This document shows, piece by piece, positions 52,314 through 64,000 of a stretch of DNA of 64,000 bases. Made by a program: the position numbers and the translations under genes. The DNA comes from Azolla caroliniana (lineage: Eukaryota > Plantae > Polypodiophyta), in NCBI GenBank assembly GCA_043228905.1, contig JBHGNT010000014.1, forward strand, positions 12,586,001 through 12,650,000, given 5' to 3'. The notes beneath the pieces were generated by a model. That model was given only the letters and a program-made list of their open reading frames with translations, made no database searches and was not told the DNA's origin. Positions within the stretch are counted from its first letter, which is position 1, and every line of letters starts with the position of its first letter.

Positions 52314-53185
52314 ATGGCCATGAATGCGTTGATCCCCATCTTGGGTTTCACCACTATAATGATGGCGGTTATGATGACAATGGTTAATGGAGCGGATCCG
52401 GATCCGTTGGTGGACATCCCCACGACCGCACCCGAGAGTCAATTCGTCCTCCGAGATTTGTTAACTAATGGTGCCGTCACACGAGACAGCGGAGGTATTA
52501 GGGCCGCGGTCAACATCACCAACCTACCCCTCACCATGTAATATACAACATTCATTCCTCTAACACCTGAGCCCTTTAACATGCTCCTCCTCCATCTTTA
52601 TAGTGACTGATGGTTCCTTATATTTTGTTTTAGGTCGGAGGGGATAACGTACGTGCGGTTCAACATGGTGCCGTGCGGTGTGAACCTGCCGCACACTCAC
52701 CCGCGTGCGACCGAGATCCTCACGCTCATCTCCGGGGGACCACTCCAAGTCGGATTCGTCGACACCTCGGGTACGCACGCACAAGTTTGAAACAAATGTC
52801 TTTAAAATTATTCTTCTCTAGTAGTGTTACTAGGCATATAAATTAGATGGATTCATCATATCATTTAACTTAATGATTGCATTGAATTGAATTGGATTGC
52901 ATGCAATGTTCAAAAACAAATAGGGACTCCGCACATCAACATTCTGTACCCGGGTGATGTCACGCTCTTCCCACGCGGGCTCCTCCACTTCGAGATCAAC
53001 GTCGGCAAAGTGACGGCTGACTACATCTCCGCCCTCAACAGCCAGAACCCGGGCACACTGGTACATTTCAATTCCCACACCCCACACACTCACTCATTCA
53101 TTCATTCATTCATTCATTCTTCATATGTCTCTTGCTTGTGTTTCAACAAGTTTATCATCTTATATATGTTTTTTGTATGTATGTT

Positions 53186-53220
<35 letters not shown>

Positions 53221-53393
53221 CCGCCAGCCTGGCGCTGTTCCAGGTGCCGGCCCGTGCGCTCGCCACGTCACTGAATGCCAGCAGGGCGGAGGTGGCTGAC
53301 CTGGCATCCACGCTGTTCCCGTACGGCGACGGCCTGAAGAAGACGTCCGGCAGCGGATGCATCCCGGGCAGGGACATCACCACCCTCTTCTAA
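52314..53393 (+). CDS. Germin-like protein (cupin), exons 52314-52537, 52634-52770, 52924-53060, 53220-53393
   Basis: Signal peptide, ADPDPLVD, germin box GVNLPHTHPRATEI, and GDVTLFPRGLLHFEIN, SALNSQNPG. GT-AG introns are in phase. Confidence 0.93.
53188..53216 (+). repeat. (GT)n microsatellite in GLP intron 3; (CATT)n nearby
   Basis: Direct reading; the repeat length differs from the paralog. Confidence 0.9.
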
Positions 53394-54669
53394 CTAAAAT
53401 CGCTCCAGAATCACATGAGTGAATGAATGGATCTACTTCTGATAAATAAATGAAATGAAACACCACCACAATTGGTTCTACAACAAAAAACTATGGCATA
53501 AATATACAATATTTGTATTGTTTTCTCTTTTTAATAAGTAGTAGAACAACTATGAGACCATACACTTAGTTACCGATTGTTACCAAATCACATCCCCACC
53601 TATACATTTCACATCAAATCTTCAATACTACCTTTACAATGCATTTTGGAGATGGTAAATTAAACGAATATATCAATCTCCCAGTCATATATAAATGTTA
53701 AATTTCAATGATATGTACTTTGTGAATGTTGGAGCTTCATTTTTTTTTAAAGATGTACCTATTTCCCAAGTAGTATATAAAATGTTCAAATTCAATGATT
53801 CCATGTACACGTGAGTGTTGGTTGGTTTCACTAGTGAAATCATGCAAAACTAGTCGGTTGATGTCACAATAACTTGATGGTATTGTTGTTGTTATTGCCA
53901 CTGGACAATGCCAATGACTTTCTCGCATCACTCACTTTGTCATTCCCCACTTTCCATTTCACACTACTTCCGCCTTCTTTAATTTGTTCCTTAGTCACCA
54001 GCAAAGAGAACTTTTATCTCCCTAAATACCCCCTTTTTTGCTGAACTACATTGTATAGTGACGCAATAAGTGCGTGTCGCAGAAACATGCAAGCAAAGTT
54101 TTTGTGGCGCTTCCACACTAGAATGCGTCACCAAGCAACGTGCATAAAAAACATGTCACAACGCTAGACTTTATTCTGCATGACACAATGATCTGCATAG
54201 AAATGCATCGTCGTGCTATTGAGTTTTAAAATTGCGCATACACAAATGTATTGTCAAAGTCTATCTAGAACATCCAAAAGAAGTTGAGGTTCACTATAAT
54301 TAGCAATTACAAGGGATTAAAAAATCATTCACACTCAATTTCCTTGGTTCAGGTCCCCACTAGTCCCACTCACAATTCACATGCACGCACGTAAATTCAC
54401 AACAAAGTGAAGTAAGAGAATGACTCAACATTTATGGTAACTTACGTTTAATGAAATATGGCATCGCTTGTTAAAAGAATTCGACGGAAATTATTTGAGT
54501 GACTCAATTAGAAGATGAGGTGAAAAAGCACAGAAAGCACCTTCACTCCTCAATAGCTATGAGATAGAATTGAACAATAAAAAATGAATGACAAACTAAT
54601 ATCAACTTGAGCTCAACATTGGATGTGACAAATGGGATTTCCTATAGTTTCTATTTGAGAGCTTATACT

Positions 54670-55260
54670 AGTATGCATGCATATGGAAAACATTTAAGAA
54701 TACAAAAGGTAGATTGTCTAAGAATGATTCTTGTGCAGTTGCATCATTTGAACAACAATCATGAGCAAGCACTATAAATACCAATTGTATTGAAGACAAG
54801 GTTGGATACATGGCAATTATACAACTATCTATGATGATGTGTCTTCTTGAGTTATGCAACAAGTGATTATACATAACTCCAAATCATTCTTTGAATATGA
54901 GTACTTCCATCACCAATATTTTTTTGATTTTATGCTACATGGCATTGATAAAGTAGATTAGTTCTAAGCATAGTAAAGACACACATGTGAAACTATGTGT
55001 CATGAACCTCTCGATTTTTTGCTTGTGGACTCTGCATAACTTCTACGATAAACTAAAGAACCCTATATTTTACCAGTCCATTGTGAGCAGGCTTTCTTCT
55101 ACAAAAATCCTAACACATGAGAGACTATATTATGGCTTATTGAGCACATCAAATCATCAAAAGATTGACTTGAGTTTGATCACATCAAATTCTTCTCTTG
55201 AGGAAAGCTTCAGTAAACTTGCCATGACCACGGTTGTGACAATAAATTATGCGGAATAAG
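54670..55260 (+). pseudogene. Degenerate retrotransposon RNase H/integrase remnant
   Basis: RQGWIH...LELCNK..HN, HIKSSK..FDHIK-type residues; heavily decayed. Confidence 0.35.
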
Positions 55261-55682
55261 TGGAGGCATATGAGGATGAACATGAGATCCTACTCGTTAA
55301 CGAAAGGCACAAGCACAATTAGAATCCCATTGAAAATTATAGAGTTTGAGAGACGCTCGTTAATTATGAACAATAGAGGCATTGCACCTCTATTTAAACA
55401 TATTTGAAAAAACCTCCTTAGCATAAACTAGTCCAAGAGGGCCCAAGGGAGGGGGATGGGGAAAATAGCAAATAATGTATAGATGAAGACCAAAAACATT
55501 AGTACCACACATAATCCTGCTTATGTCACAAGAGAAGCCATATCTCCTTTGAGGATGACATCGTCACTTTATGTCTATTGATCCATTTCAAAGGTTTGAA
55601 GTCATGCTAAAAGTCGGTTGGTTACGACTTCTCTCGTTTGTCCTACCCAAAGAGAAAAAGAAGAATTAAGAAATCATAGTCA

Positions 55683-56342
55683 AGTTTATCTAAAATGTAA
55701 CAAACTAGGGAAATACAAATCTTTACTACTTTCGTTGTTATGATGTGTACACAATGGAGAAAGTGCCTAACACCTTAGTTTATTACACATTAAGATTATG
55801 TTTGAAAATGGAAGAGCTTAAAAGAGATATAGATAAAATTAACAAAGAAATATCCTCAATTGTGAAGGGCTAATAATTATTGGAATGGCAAGGTGAAGGA
55901 TTCAAACAAAAGTGACAAGAGAAACGTGATTTATAGTGCACAAAATAAAGAGACAATCAAGTATCAAGAGATGTACACCATAAAAATAAAAATGGAGATA
56001 TACCTAGTTTATCTAAAATGTAACAAACTAGGGAAATACAAATCTTTACTACTCTCGTTGTTATGATTTGTACACAATGGAGAAAGTGCCTAACACCTTA
56101 GTTTATTACACATTAAGATTATGTTTGGAAATGGAAGAGCTTAAAAGAGATATAAATAAAATTAACAAAGAAATATCCTCAATTGTGAAGGGCTAATAAT
56201 TATTGGAATGGCAAGGTGAAGGATTCAAACAACAGTGACAAGAGAAACGTGATTTATAGTGCACAAAATAAAGAGACAATCAAGTATCAAGCATCAAGTA
56301 TTAAGAGATGTACACCATAAAAATAAAAATGGAGATATACCT
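55683..56342 (+). repeat. About 323-bp tandem duplication inside an LTR-like sequence that ends at ...CCCCAACA followed by a PBS (TGGTGTCAGAG, about 56667)
   Basis: agtttatctaaaatgtaacaaactaggg...atggagatatacct occurs at 55683 and 56006. Confidence 0.88.
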
Positions 56343-58050
56343 TAGTGATAATCAAGTATCAAGCTGAAATACTCCAAAAAAATTACTATTTTGGTAAGGG
56401 GCCCTCTGCAAATCTATAAAGAAGAATGAGAGCTCATTGCTAGGTGCGGCCATTTTAGGGAGAGGCGCCCAAGTTTTATTAACGAGAAAGTATTGTGTAA
56501 AAGGCCAAAAGTATAAAATCTTCTAAATAGTTGTACGTACGCCAAATTGAATGTGATGAAAGATTTATTATGCCCCCAAAATTTATTTGTTTGTTGTCTG
56601 TGTTTTGTTCTTCTTTCTCTGTGTGGATGAAAAATAGTTGCTCGGCCACTCCTCTCTCCCCAACAATGGTGTCAGAGTGATAGGAGCCAACCTACTGTTT
56701 GTAGAAATTGCTGAAATTGACCTTCACCCTTGCAATCACTCTTGCCTCCCATTCCGTTACACTGGTTAATTAAAATGTGTGTAATAGTTTATGTTTTAAG
56801 GAAATGGATAGAATTTCCACCTAATATTGTGTAGTATTTCCTTTGAATGTTAAGAATACAAGCATTTTTGTTTTCGGACACGAGTAATTATATTATTGGA
56901 ATGGAATGTTAGTTGAATCCTTCACTAGCAACAAATATTACATTTGATACAGAATTTGGTACACATTGGTGCTAGGACTAGACATTAGTATCACATGCCT
57001 AGTTTTGACATGACTAATCCAAATAATGATTAATATCGTCTCTCATATAGTTCCAATGTATTAATTCATCAACTTCATCACAAAACCAACACATAATACT
57101 ATGTTTTATCAACTACTACAATGGTAGTGGGTAAGCAATATAAATAAGATAAACCATATTGAAAGATAGGGTGCCACTCTCATACCTACTATTAGAGGAA
57201 CACAAAACTATTGGCTTTCACTTGCCTTCCCCCACGTCCTAGGGCTAGTGAAGGATGAGTATCACTTTCTTATTACATGCTTTGCATATAGTGCAATTTA
57301 TGGAAAGTACGATGATGTATTAAGAGGGGGCAATGACTTGAGTGTATGCCTTAATTAACACAATGGGATTTTGTGTGTCGTAGTATGAATCTCCCTTCTT
57401 AAAAACGTGACACACATTGAGAAAATTTTGTACTTAGATCCCATGGATCAATATCAGCATCTCTATGGACGTTAAAAAATATCTAATGGAATCTAAGTGC
57501 ATACACCACAACTCACTTTAGATCAAATAGAGTTCCTGAGAGGCCAATGAACAAACGCTAGAGAGACACAAAATAATAATATAAGAAACACCCCCTACAC
57601 CATAGAAAAGAATGAGAAAAATTCAACTAGAAGCCAATATATGAGCCGATATCAAATGATACCCTCTCGTTTACCGTGTCATTTGGAAAATAGATTAAGT
57701 ATACTAGAGATGGAGGTTCCTTAGGGAAAGAATAACAATTAGACATGGGATGGGCCACACGGTAAATGTAAAACCATTCAAAGAGTGACAAAGACTAGAC
57801 TAGCATTGTTCATGTGTAGACTAATTATGTTTTCTATTTGGAGACTATCATGACTGAGCAATCCACACACACGTACACGCAATTATAAATATAAATATAT
57901 GGGTATAAAATGGCATTGTTGCTAAGTGAAACAGCAGAAGCAAGAGTAACCAACATTCTTGAGTAAAATATTTGTTTGGTCTTAGTGACTTATCTATCTA
58001 TATCCTAGCATACTTTCCGTTTCAATTCTTCTTTCATAGTCCTAATTATT

Positions 58051-59102
58051 ATGGCCATGAATGCGTTGATTCCCATCTTGGGTTTCACCACTATAATGAT
58101 GGTCGTTATGATGACAATGGTTAATGGAGCAGATCCGGATCCGTTGGTGGACATCCCCACGACCGCACCCGAGAGTCAATTCGTCCTCCGAGATTTGTTA
58201 ACTAATGGTGCCGTCACACGAGACAGCGGAGGTATTAGGGCCGCAGTCAACATCACCAACCTACCCCTCACCATGTAATATACAACATTCATTCTTCTAA
58301 CACCTAAGCCTTTTAACATGCTCCTCCATATTTATAGTGACTGATGGTTCCTTATATTTTGTTTTAGGTCGGAGGGGATAACGTACGTGCGGTTCCAGAT
58401 GGTGCCGTGCGGTGTGAACCTGCCGCACACTCACCCGCGTGCGACCGAGATCCTAACTCTCATATCCGGGGGACCACTCCAAGTCGGATTCGTCGACACC
58501 TCGGGTGTGCACAAGTTTGACACAAATGTTTTTAAAATTATTCTTCTCTAGTAGTGTTACTAGGCATTTAAATTAGATGGATTCCTCATATCATCTAATT
58601 TTTAATGATTGAATTTTTCTTCAAAAACAAATAGGGACTCCACACATCAACATTCTGTACCCGGGCGATGTCACGCTCTTCCCACGCGGGCTCCTCCATT
58701 TCGAGATCAACGTCGGCAAAGTGACGGCTGACTACATCTCTGCCCTCAACAGCCAGAACCCGGGCACACTGGTACATTTCAATTCCCACACCCCACACAC
58801 TCACTCATTCATTCATTCATTCATTCATTCATTCATTCATTCTTCATATTTCTCTTGCTTGTGTTTCAACAAGCTTATCATCTTATATATGTTTTTTGTA
58901 TGTATGTTACGTGTGTGTGTGCATGCAGTCCGCCAGCCTGTCGCTGTTCCAGGTGCCGGCACGTGCGCTCGCCACGTCACTGAATGCCAGCAGGGCGGAG
59001 GTGGCTGACGTGGCGTCCACGCTGTTCCCGTACGGCGACGGCCTGAAGAAGACGTCCGACAGCGGATGCATCCCGGGCCGGGACATCACCACCCGTTTCT
59101 AA
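58051..59102 (+). CDS. Germin-like protein paralog, exons 58051-58274, 58368-58504, 58635-58771, 58929-59102
   Basis: Near-identical to 52314-53393 with intact germin boxes and splice sites. Confidence 0.92.
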
Positions 59103-60411
59103 CTAAAATCACTCCAAAAATGGATGTAACTCATGATAAATAAAAGAAATGAATGAAATAGCCACCACAATTTGCTCTACAACAAAAAAACTACCGCATT
59201 AATATGCAGGATTTGTAGTCTCTCCTTTATCTTTGCGGTAACTTACTAGTGAAGAACATTAATATCAAGTATTGTTTGTGGGCTTACAAAATGTGTTCTT
59301 CTTGACATACAATGGATTTTGATTTTAGTGAAAGTGATACCTCTCTCTATATTTGACCTCCGAAGACGATAATATAATCTATCTATCTATCCATCTATCT
59401 GCGATCGGCATATCACCAACCTTGCCACCCACAATACCAACACCCCACTTAATGAGGGCCACCAATGTCTCCAAAAATACTTACGTGCATGTCAATGGTA
59501 TTATTGATTGTCAATGGTGTTATCAATCATGCTTTAATGTAGATTAGTTGGTAAATATGCACTCACCCGAATATCTAAATCTATATGAGCTTCTAATGAC
59601 TTGTGTATGTGTGAATATGGAAATGTTTCGATGTGCATGTGAATGCGTAAGTGGATATAAATTTTTACTTGTGTTTGTATAAATAAAGTGTACTTCTATG
59701 AACAACATGTTTAAGTGTCTTTCATGCATGTGTCTATGTAAATGTGTTAATGGTGTGTATGTATGTAAGTGTGTAAATGTGCAATTGGTGAATGTGTGTT
59801 TGTAAATGTGTGAATGTGCCTTTAAATGTAAAATTTGATGGGGGTAGGGGTATCTCATGATTTAGATAAGATGTAGATATATTATATATTTTGTTGGGAA
59901 CATATGAAATTTCCTCTCCCTTCTTTTCCTTAGATTCATTTCTAGAGGGAATGGAAATAAGTGAAGAAAAAGAATTGGGGTGTGTAGAGGGTACAACCTA
60001 GATTCAAGGGACCAAGTCTAGAGTCAATGTTGTTGAAGTACATGCTTAACATTGAGCACATTCCAATTGTTAATCCAAAAAGATAGTAAAATATGAATTG
60101 GACCTAGTTTAAGTTGTAAAAATTATTGCAATTAATACTAACATTAACGTAATTGCAATTGTTAATCCAAAAAGATATTAAGACACTCTACCACCACCTC
60201 CATACAAGAGATCTATTGGGGTCCTCGCGCAGCCCCCATCATCTGTAGCATTGGATAGATCACTCATCCACTATATAAACATCCTTTGAAATCCTAATGA
60301 AAATGTGCTTGAATCAACTCTACACCTAGTCACATTTTAATTCATATATAGCTACAGGCTTTCAATGTTTCTAGCTAGTGTCGAGGAAAGGAATTTGATG
60401 GAAGAGGAAGG

Positions 60412-60789
60412 TGTTACGGGCATGACCATATAATATCCCGTGGTGAGAATTTACCGTAGTATTCTATACACATGGATAAGTGTGAGGATTAAAAGAGAGT
60501 GTAAAGAAGGGGAGGATTTCGCTCGCTACAAGAGTTGACCCACCACAAGACAGAGTCTCGACGTAGTCAACCAGCTTCTTGAAATGAGGGTAGCTAGGCC
60601 TCTATTTATAGCGATACCCAAGGCCCCCAGCCATGCTCACACTTGGCCTAATGGGTTGTCTCAATCCCGAGGATTTAAAAGTAATCCTCCCCTTCTTTAC
60701 ACGCTCATTTAACCCTCACACTTATCCACGTGTATAGAATACTACGGTAAATTCTCACCACGGGATATTATATGGTCATGCCCGTAACA
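60412..60789. mobile_element. 378-bp non-autonomous element with TIRs of about 105 bp, TGT...ACA ends and a 5-bp TSD GAAGG
   Basis: gaagg|TGTTACGGGCATGACCATATAATATCCCGTGGTGAG...CTCACCACGGGATATTATATGGTCATGCCCGTAACA|gaagg. Confidence 0.9.
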
Positions 60790-61447
60790 GAAGGGAACAA
60801 GATTGTTTAAAGCTAGAGCAACAGAATAACCATGTACAATCTTGGAAGAAAGAATTACCAACTACCAATTTCTTTTGCATCTCTTAGTGATTGGAGATCG
60901 TATGTCCTACACAAATGGCAATAGCACTAAGATCAATTACATCAAGGCAACATCTATTTTTGTTTTTCTTGGCTTTCGTGTGTAAGTCACACTCCTCTCT
61001 TCTTCTCCCTTTGCTATTATAACCAAGTTTACAACCATGGACAATAACTAGCTAGAACCTTTCACTGCCTCAGTATAAATGAGGCATTCTACCAATTGAG
61101 CCAATTACTAAGAGAGTCAACAACTTTGTTTTCTGTAGGTCACAAGGAAATCTATCCATTATTTCCACAACCATGTCAATTTTCTTTTTCTTTTTCTTGT
61201 TGTTCATTGTGAGTAGTAGAGGATGCACAACTTCTCGGTCCCCTTCCTAGAAATTTCCACAAAGGCATTACCCTTTGCGAAAGTGGACTCCCTGATGATT
61301 CATACCTTTGTAGAATTGAACTCCACAATGATAAATACCATGTAGAATTGGACTCCATGATGATTCATTTCTTCGTGTAATCTTTTCCACGAAGAAGAAA
61401 ATAGTGGGTCCTCTTTTAGTGCACATACCATTGAACTCTTCTTTGTA

Positions 61448-61930
61448 CTAAGCGCATTTCTTTGTACCATCCAAGTTGTGTCTCTTTTTGCTCTTGTCTT
61501 TGAGCTCCTTCACAAACTCTGCCATACATTCAAAATTACTTATGATAAAAGTTGTGATGTTCTCTTGCTCCACGAGTGATGGTCGGATTAGTATCCCTTT
61601 GCCACAAAGCACCTCCATGTCATTTGTCCACAAAGGTGCTACATATTAGAGAGGTGGTACATACTCTCTTTATGCAGGCAACCCTCTTCCATTGATCCCT
61701 TTGGTCGTGCTCGTTGATGAACAAACCTCTTCAACATGCACATGATTCGCTCTACCCAAACCATATAGCAAGTGCTCACTACACCTACAAGCTCTATTTC
61801 ATCAATGAGGTGAATCAAAATATGCACTTGAATGTACAAGAAAGGTATTAGGAGTTATTTCTCCATTAAAAACACAAGATCAGTCACTTCCTTCTTCCTT
61901 CGTGATATTTCACTCCTAGAAATTTCCTTT
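61448..61930 (-). pseudogene. CACTA/En-Spm transposase fragment (DUF4218-like region)
   Basis: QVHILIHLIDEIELVGVV..MVWVERIMCMLKRFVHQRARPKGSMEEG resembles the conserved H-L-x-H..ER..LK..V....PEGS motif. Confidence 0.7.
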
Positions 61931-62599
61931 AAATGTTAAATTTGATAAGGGGGGTGGGGGTATCTTATGATTTAGATAAGGTGTAGATATATTATATTTT
62001 TTGGGGGGGAGGGTAATAAGTTAAGAAAAAGAATTTGGATGTGTAGGGTAAAACTAGGATTGGGGGGCCAAAACTAGGGTCAATATTGTAGAAGTGCATG
62101 TTGGACATTGGGCATCAATCACATCAATGCAACATCTATTGTTTGTCGAGGCTCTTGTGCATCAATAACACTCCTCTCTTCTTCTCCCTTTTCTATTATA
62201 ACCAAATTTACAACCATGGACAATAACATACTAGAATTGTTGACTCCCTTGGTGTAAACAAGGTGCTCTACTGACCCGAGCATGTCGACAACTTTGTTTT
62301 TGTAGCTCGCATGGAAATTTGTTCATTCTTTCTACAACCAAATCAATGTGTTGGACTCCATGATGATTCATACCTTTGTGGAATCATTTCCACAAAGAAG
62401 AAAATAAGACACTCTCTTGCTCATGTCATTGCAATTTGTAGATTCCCGCCAAAAAATACCAGGGTCTCTTTTAGCGCACACATACCATGGAGTTGACTTT
62501 AGGTGTTAGCACCAAGTGCACTACTTTGTATTAGAATAGTTGTGTATCTATCTACTTGTCATTCAAGTCCTTCACAAACTTTGTGATACATTTAGAGCT

Positions 62600-63410
62600 C
62601 CCTCCCCTAATTAGGCTAACATCATCCTAACTACGAAAGCGAAGGTGTTTGTGTACACGTGGAACTCTTTCTTCCATTCTCACGACGTTAGTATGGGTGG
62701 CTTTGTGAGGCATTCTTTGAGGAACACGAAGGTTATAGTGCATTCCTCTATCCATGTGTATTTCTTAAACAGAGCATAACGGGGTCATGCTTTTTTGACA
62801 AATATCTTGATGAATGGTCGATAATATCCTACATAGCACACGAACCCTTGGAGCTATTTTTCATTATTTATGCGCAACATTTCGAGGATAATCTAGAACT
62901 TAGCCTCATTTGTGGATATCCCATTCTTTGGTACCACATGGCCAAAGATGCACCCATGTTTTACCCTAAACTGGCACTAGATGGTGTTAATGGAGACATG
63001 ATATGAATCCTTGCAATTTTTTAACGTGGTGCACAATCAATGGAGGTGCTCATTCCACTCTAAATGGCAACATAAGTCATCGACATATGTTTCTACACCA
63101 TTTCCAAGGTTAGATGCAAAGATATGGTCTCCTCCTCATTGATAGGTGATTACAGCACTTGCCAGACCGAAGGGCATCTGCTTGTAAGCAAACATACCAA
63201 ATTTTGTGACGAAAGTGGTTTTATGTTGATCCCTGGGAATTTGGTTGTATTTGGATAAGCCATCCATAAAACTATAAGGTTCTTTCTCAACTGCCCCTTT
63301 CTAATAGATGTTCGAAATATGGAACTAGGTAGTTGTCGCGAAAGCACCACATAGATTTGTTTTTATCTGGAGAAGCCATCTATAAAGCTATAAGTTTTTT
63401 TTAAAGATAC
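62600..63410 (-). pseudogene. Ty3/gypsy reverse transcriptase remnant
   Basis: FIDGFS..Q, TYVDDL, IFGHVVPKNGISTNEAK, RVRVLCRILSTIHQDIC (G..GYY-like, frameshifted). Confidence 0.7.
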
Positions 63411-63415
63411 CCTTT

Positions 63416-64000
63416 TGTTGAGCAAGAAAGCTCAACCTGATCTCGATTGACTGAGTAAGCTAGAGCCAGATCGGTATTCGGAACCAAGTGCCGGATTCGG
63501 TGAGCCGAACCCACGTGCTAACCGGTAGGTCGTTGGAGGTCTACACTCTTAGACTACTAGGTAGTTATCCTAGGAGTTAGTGTCAGTAGCTTGATACGAG
63601 CATTAAAGTACTTGTCAGTACTTCTATCAGTCCTTTTAAGGACTCAAAAGTGCTCTCTAAACACATTGTATGTACAAATTAATTTTTTTGTAATTGGAGT
63701 TTCATGTTATCCTGCTCGCTCTATCTCTCCCGCGTACTCTCTGTGTGTAATTCAAGCTTTCCATTAAGCTGCAATTCTATTTTATGCTGTTATGCGGCAG
63801 AGCCAGTTTGTCTAAGCTTTTGCACATTAACTTTCACATGGTACCAAAGCGTGAGGGTTGAGAATCCTCTACTACTGACAAGCGATTCGTCAAAGACAAA
63901 CCCAAACCTAACACACGGTGAGAACAGAAAAAGGATATAGACAAAGGGATGGCAAGCTCGATTCCGATGGAGAAGTTTGACAGCAACAACTATGCATCTT
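63416..64000 (+). mobile_element. Start of a Ty1/copia element: 5' LTR 63416-63838, PBS 63839-63850, gag start at about 63949
   Basis: TGTTGAG...TTTCACA|TGGTACCAAAGC, then ATG GCA AGC TCG ATT CCG ATG GAG AAG TTT GAC AGC AAC AAC TAT (MASSIPMEKFDSNNY). Confidence 0.85.

Larger units (their letters stand above)
51098..59215 (+). repeat. Segmental tandem duplication (about 2.4 kb; 51098-53510 vs 56762-59215) covering promoter and GLP gene
   Basis: Near-identical upstream, exon and intron sequence. Copy 2 has an extra segment of about 90 bp at about 57334-57425. Confidence 0.92.
59820..62590. repeat. Dispersed diverged duplications (about 59820-60060 vs 61925-62110; about 60935-61510 vs 62115-62590)
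   Basis: Shared ggggtatct.atgatttagataag.tgtagatatattatattt and acactcctctcttcttctcccttt..tattataaccaa.tttacaaccatggacaataac. Confidence 0.65.

Noticed and set aside
59544-59858. His/Thr-rich 104-aa ORF
   Set aside because: It derives from low-complexity TG-rich sequence and has no domain signal.

Overview
Repeat-rich, AT-rich eukaryotic DNA with spliceosomal introns, almost certainly a land plant and probably a non-seed lineage (inference). Host genes: one glutaredoxin-domain gene (25588-27285) and two tandemly duplicated germin-like protein genes (52314-53393, 58051-59102). Most other sequence is nested Ty1/copia, Ty3/gypsy, LINE and CACTA debris. The standout is two diverged, decayed copies of an unusual DNA transposon. 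Copy 2 is complete at 36006-43699, with 33-34 bp perfect TIRs and a probable 4-bp CAAG target duplication. Copy 1 runs from the left window edge to about 7.3 kb. Each carries (i) a Sola-like DDD transposase, which has a BAH/PWWP-like C-terminus where visible, and (ii) a divergently transcribed, intron-containing gene fusing a ParB/Srx-like domain to a bacterial-type beta-class DNA amino-methyltransferase (DIPY ... DLFSGTG). Between the two genes, in the probable first intron of the ParB-MTase gene, both copies have an array of palindromes. The arrays share the core CGATRC-N3-GYATCG and an exact 51-bp spacing although the flanking arms differ. This looks like a self-contained mobile ParB/parS-like plus DNA-methylation module. 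All family assignments come from motif recognition by eye; no database searches were run.
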